Source of the DNA: Vicugna vicugna
Taxonomy: Eukaryota
Reading direction: 5' to 3'
Assembly (NCBI GenBank): GCA_013265495.1
Contig: MU058531.1
Span: 62,001-126,000 of the forward strand
Length of the DNA stretch: 64,000 bases
In this document: positions 63,610 through 64,000 of the stretch, one piece after another
Layout of the letters: every line of letters begins with the position of its first letter
Numbering within the stretch: the first letter of the stretch is position 1
Program-made: the position numbers and the translations under genes
The notes under the pieces: generated by a model
Database searches by the model: none
What the model saw: only the letters and a program-made list of their open reading frames with translations
Told to the model about the DNA's origin: nothing

Positions 63610-64000
63610 GAAACCTACAAAATGCATGCTCTGTATTGTCTTTCCAAATCCATGATGTTCGAGACAAGACGTGCACTACCCACCAGACAAAACAGCAGAA
63701 GTGCAGCCTCCTCCTCAGTCTGTCCTTCCAGATGTTGCCTGAGTGCATCTGCTTGGCTGAGCTAAGTCATGTACAGGGACCCTGGGAAATGAAGTCTTCA
63801 ATTTTCTCACTTCTAGCATGCAATACGGCCTATTAGAAAGGGTTGAAATGAGCCTATCTATTTACCTGCCACAAACTTCAATAGAGAATTTTGATAATTA
63901 GGTGGCATGGTTTGCCTGAGACTTTTCTACTCAGGCTCTGGGACAGTTGGTTACCTAAGTAGCCAGGCTTGAAGCTCCCTGTAAATTCTTTCAGAGGGGC

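Overview
Mammalian genomic DNA, most likely camelid (Camelus/Vicugna/Lama), judged from nine copies of a tRNA-derived SINE resembling the camelid Vic-1 family and from camelid/artiodactyl-type L1 3' ends. The window holds the complete pantothenate kinase 1 gene (PANK1) on the minus strand. It has two alternative coding first exons (1-alpha in a CpG island at 55468-56170; 1-beta at 54534-54561) that splice to shared exons 2-7 (27044 down to the TAG stop at 3700). All junctions are GT-AG with consistent phases, giving 598 aa (alpha) and 373 aa (beta) products. The 3' UTR has candidate poly(A) signals at about 2640 and 2280. The miR-107 hairpin (11863-11943) lies in intron 5, in the sense orientation. 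The rest is intron and flank filled with L1, L2, MIR, MaLR/ERV LTRs, DNA-transposon fossils and SINEs; repeat family names come from recalled consensus sequences, not a search. I found no convincing previously undescribed system. The best second-look items are p53 half-sites inside exon 1-alpha coding sequence, an ambiguous alpha start codon, an L1 with both termini but most of its interior missing, an LTR-internal-LTR MaLR relic, and a small complex inverted-repeat junction.
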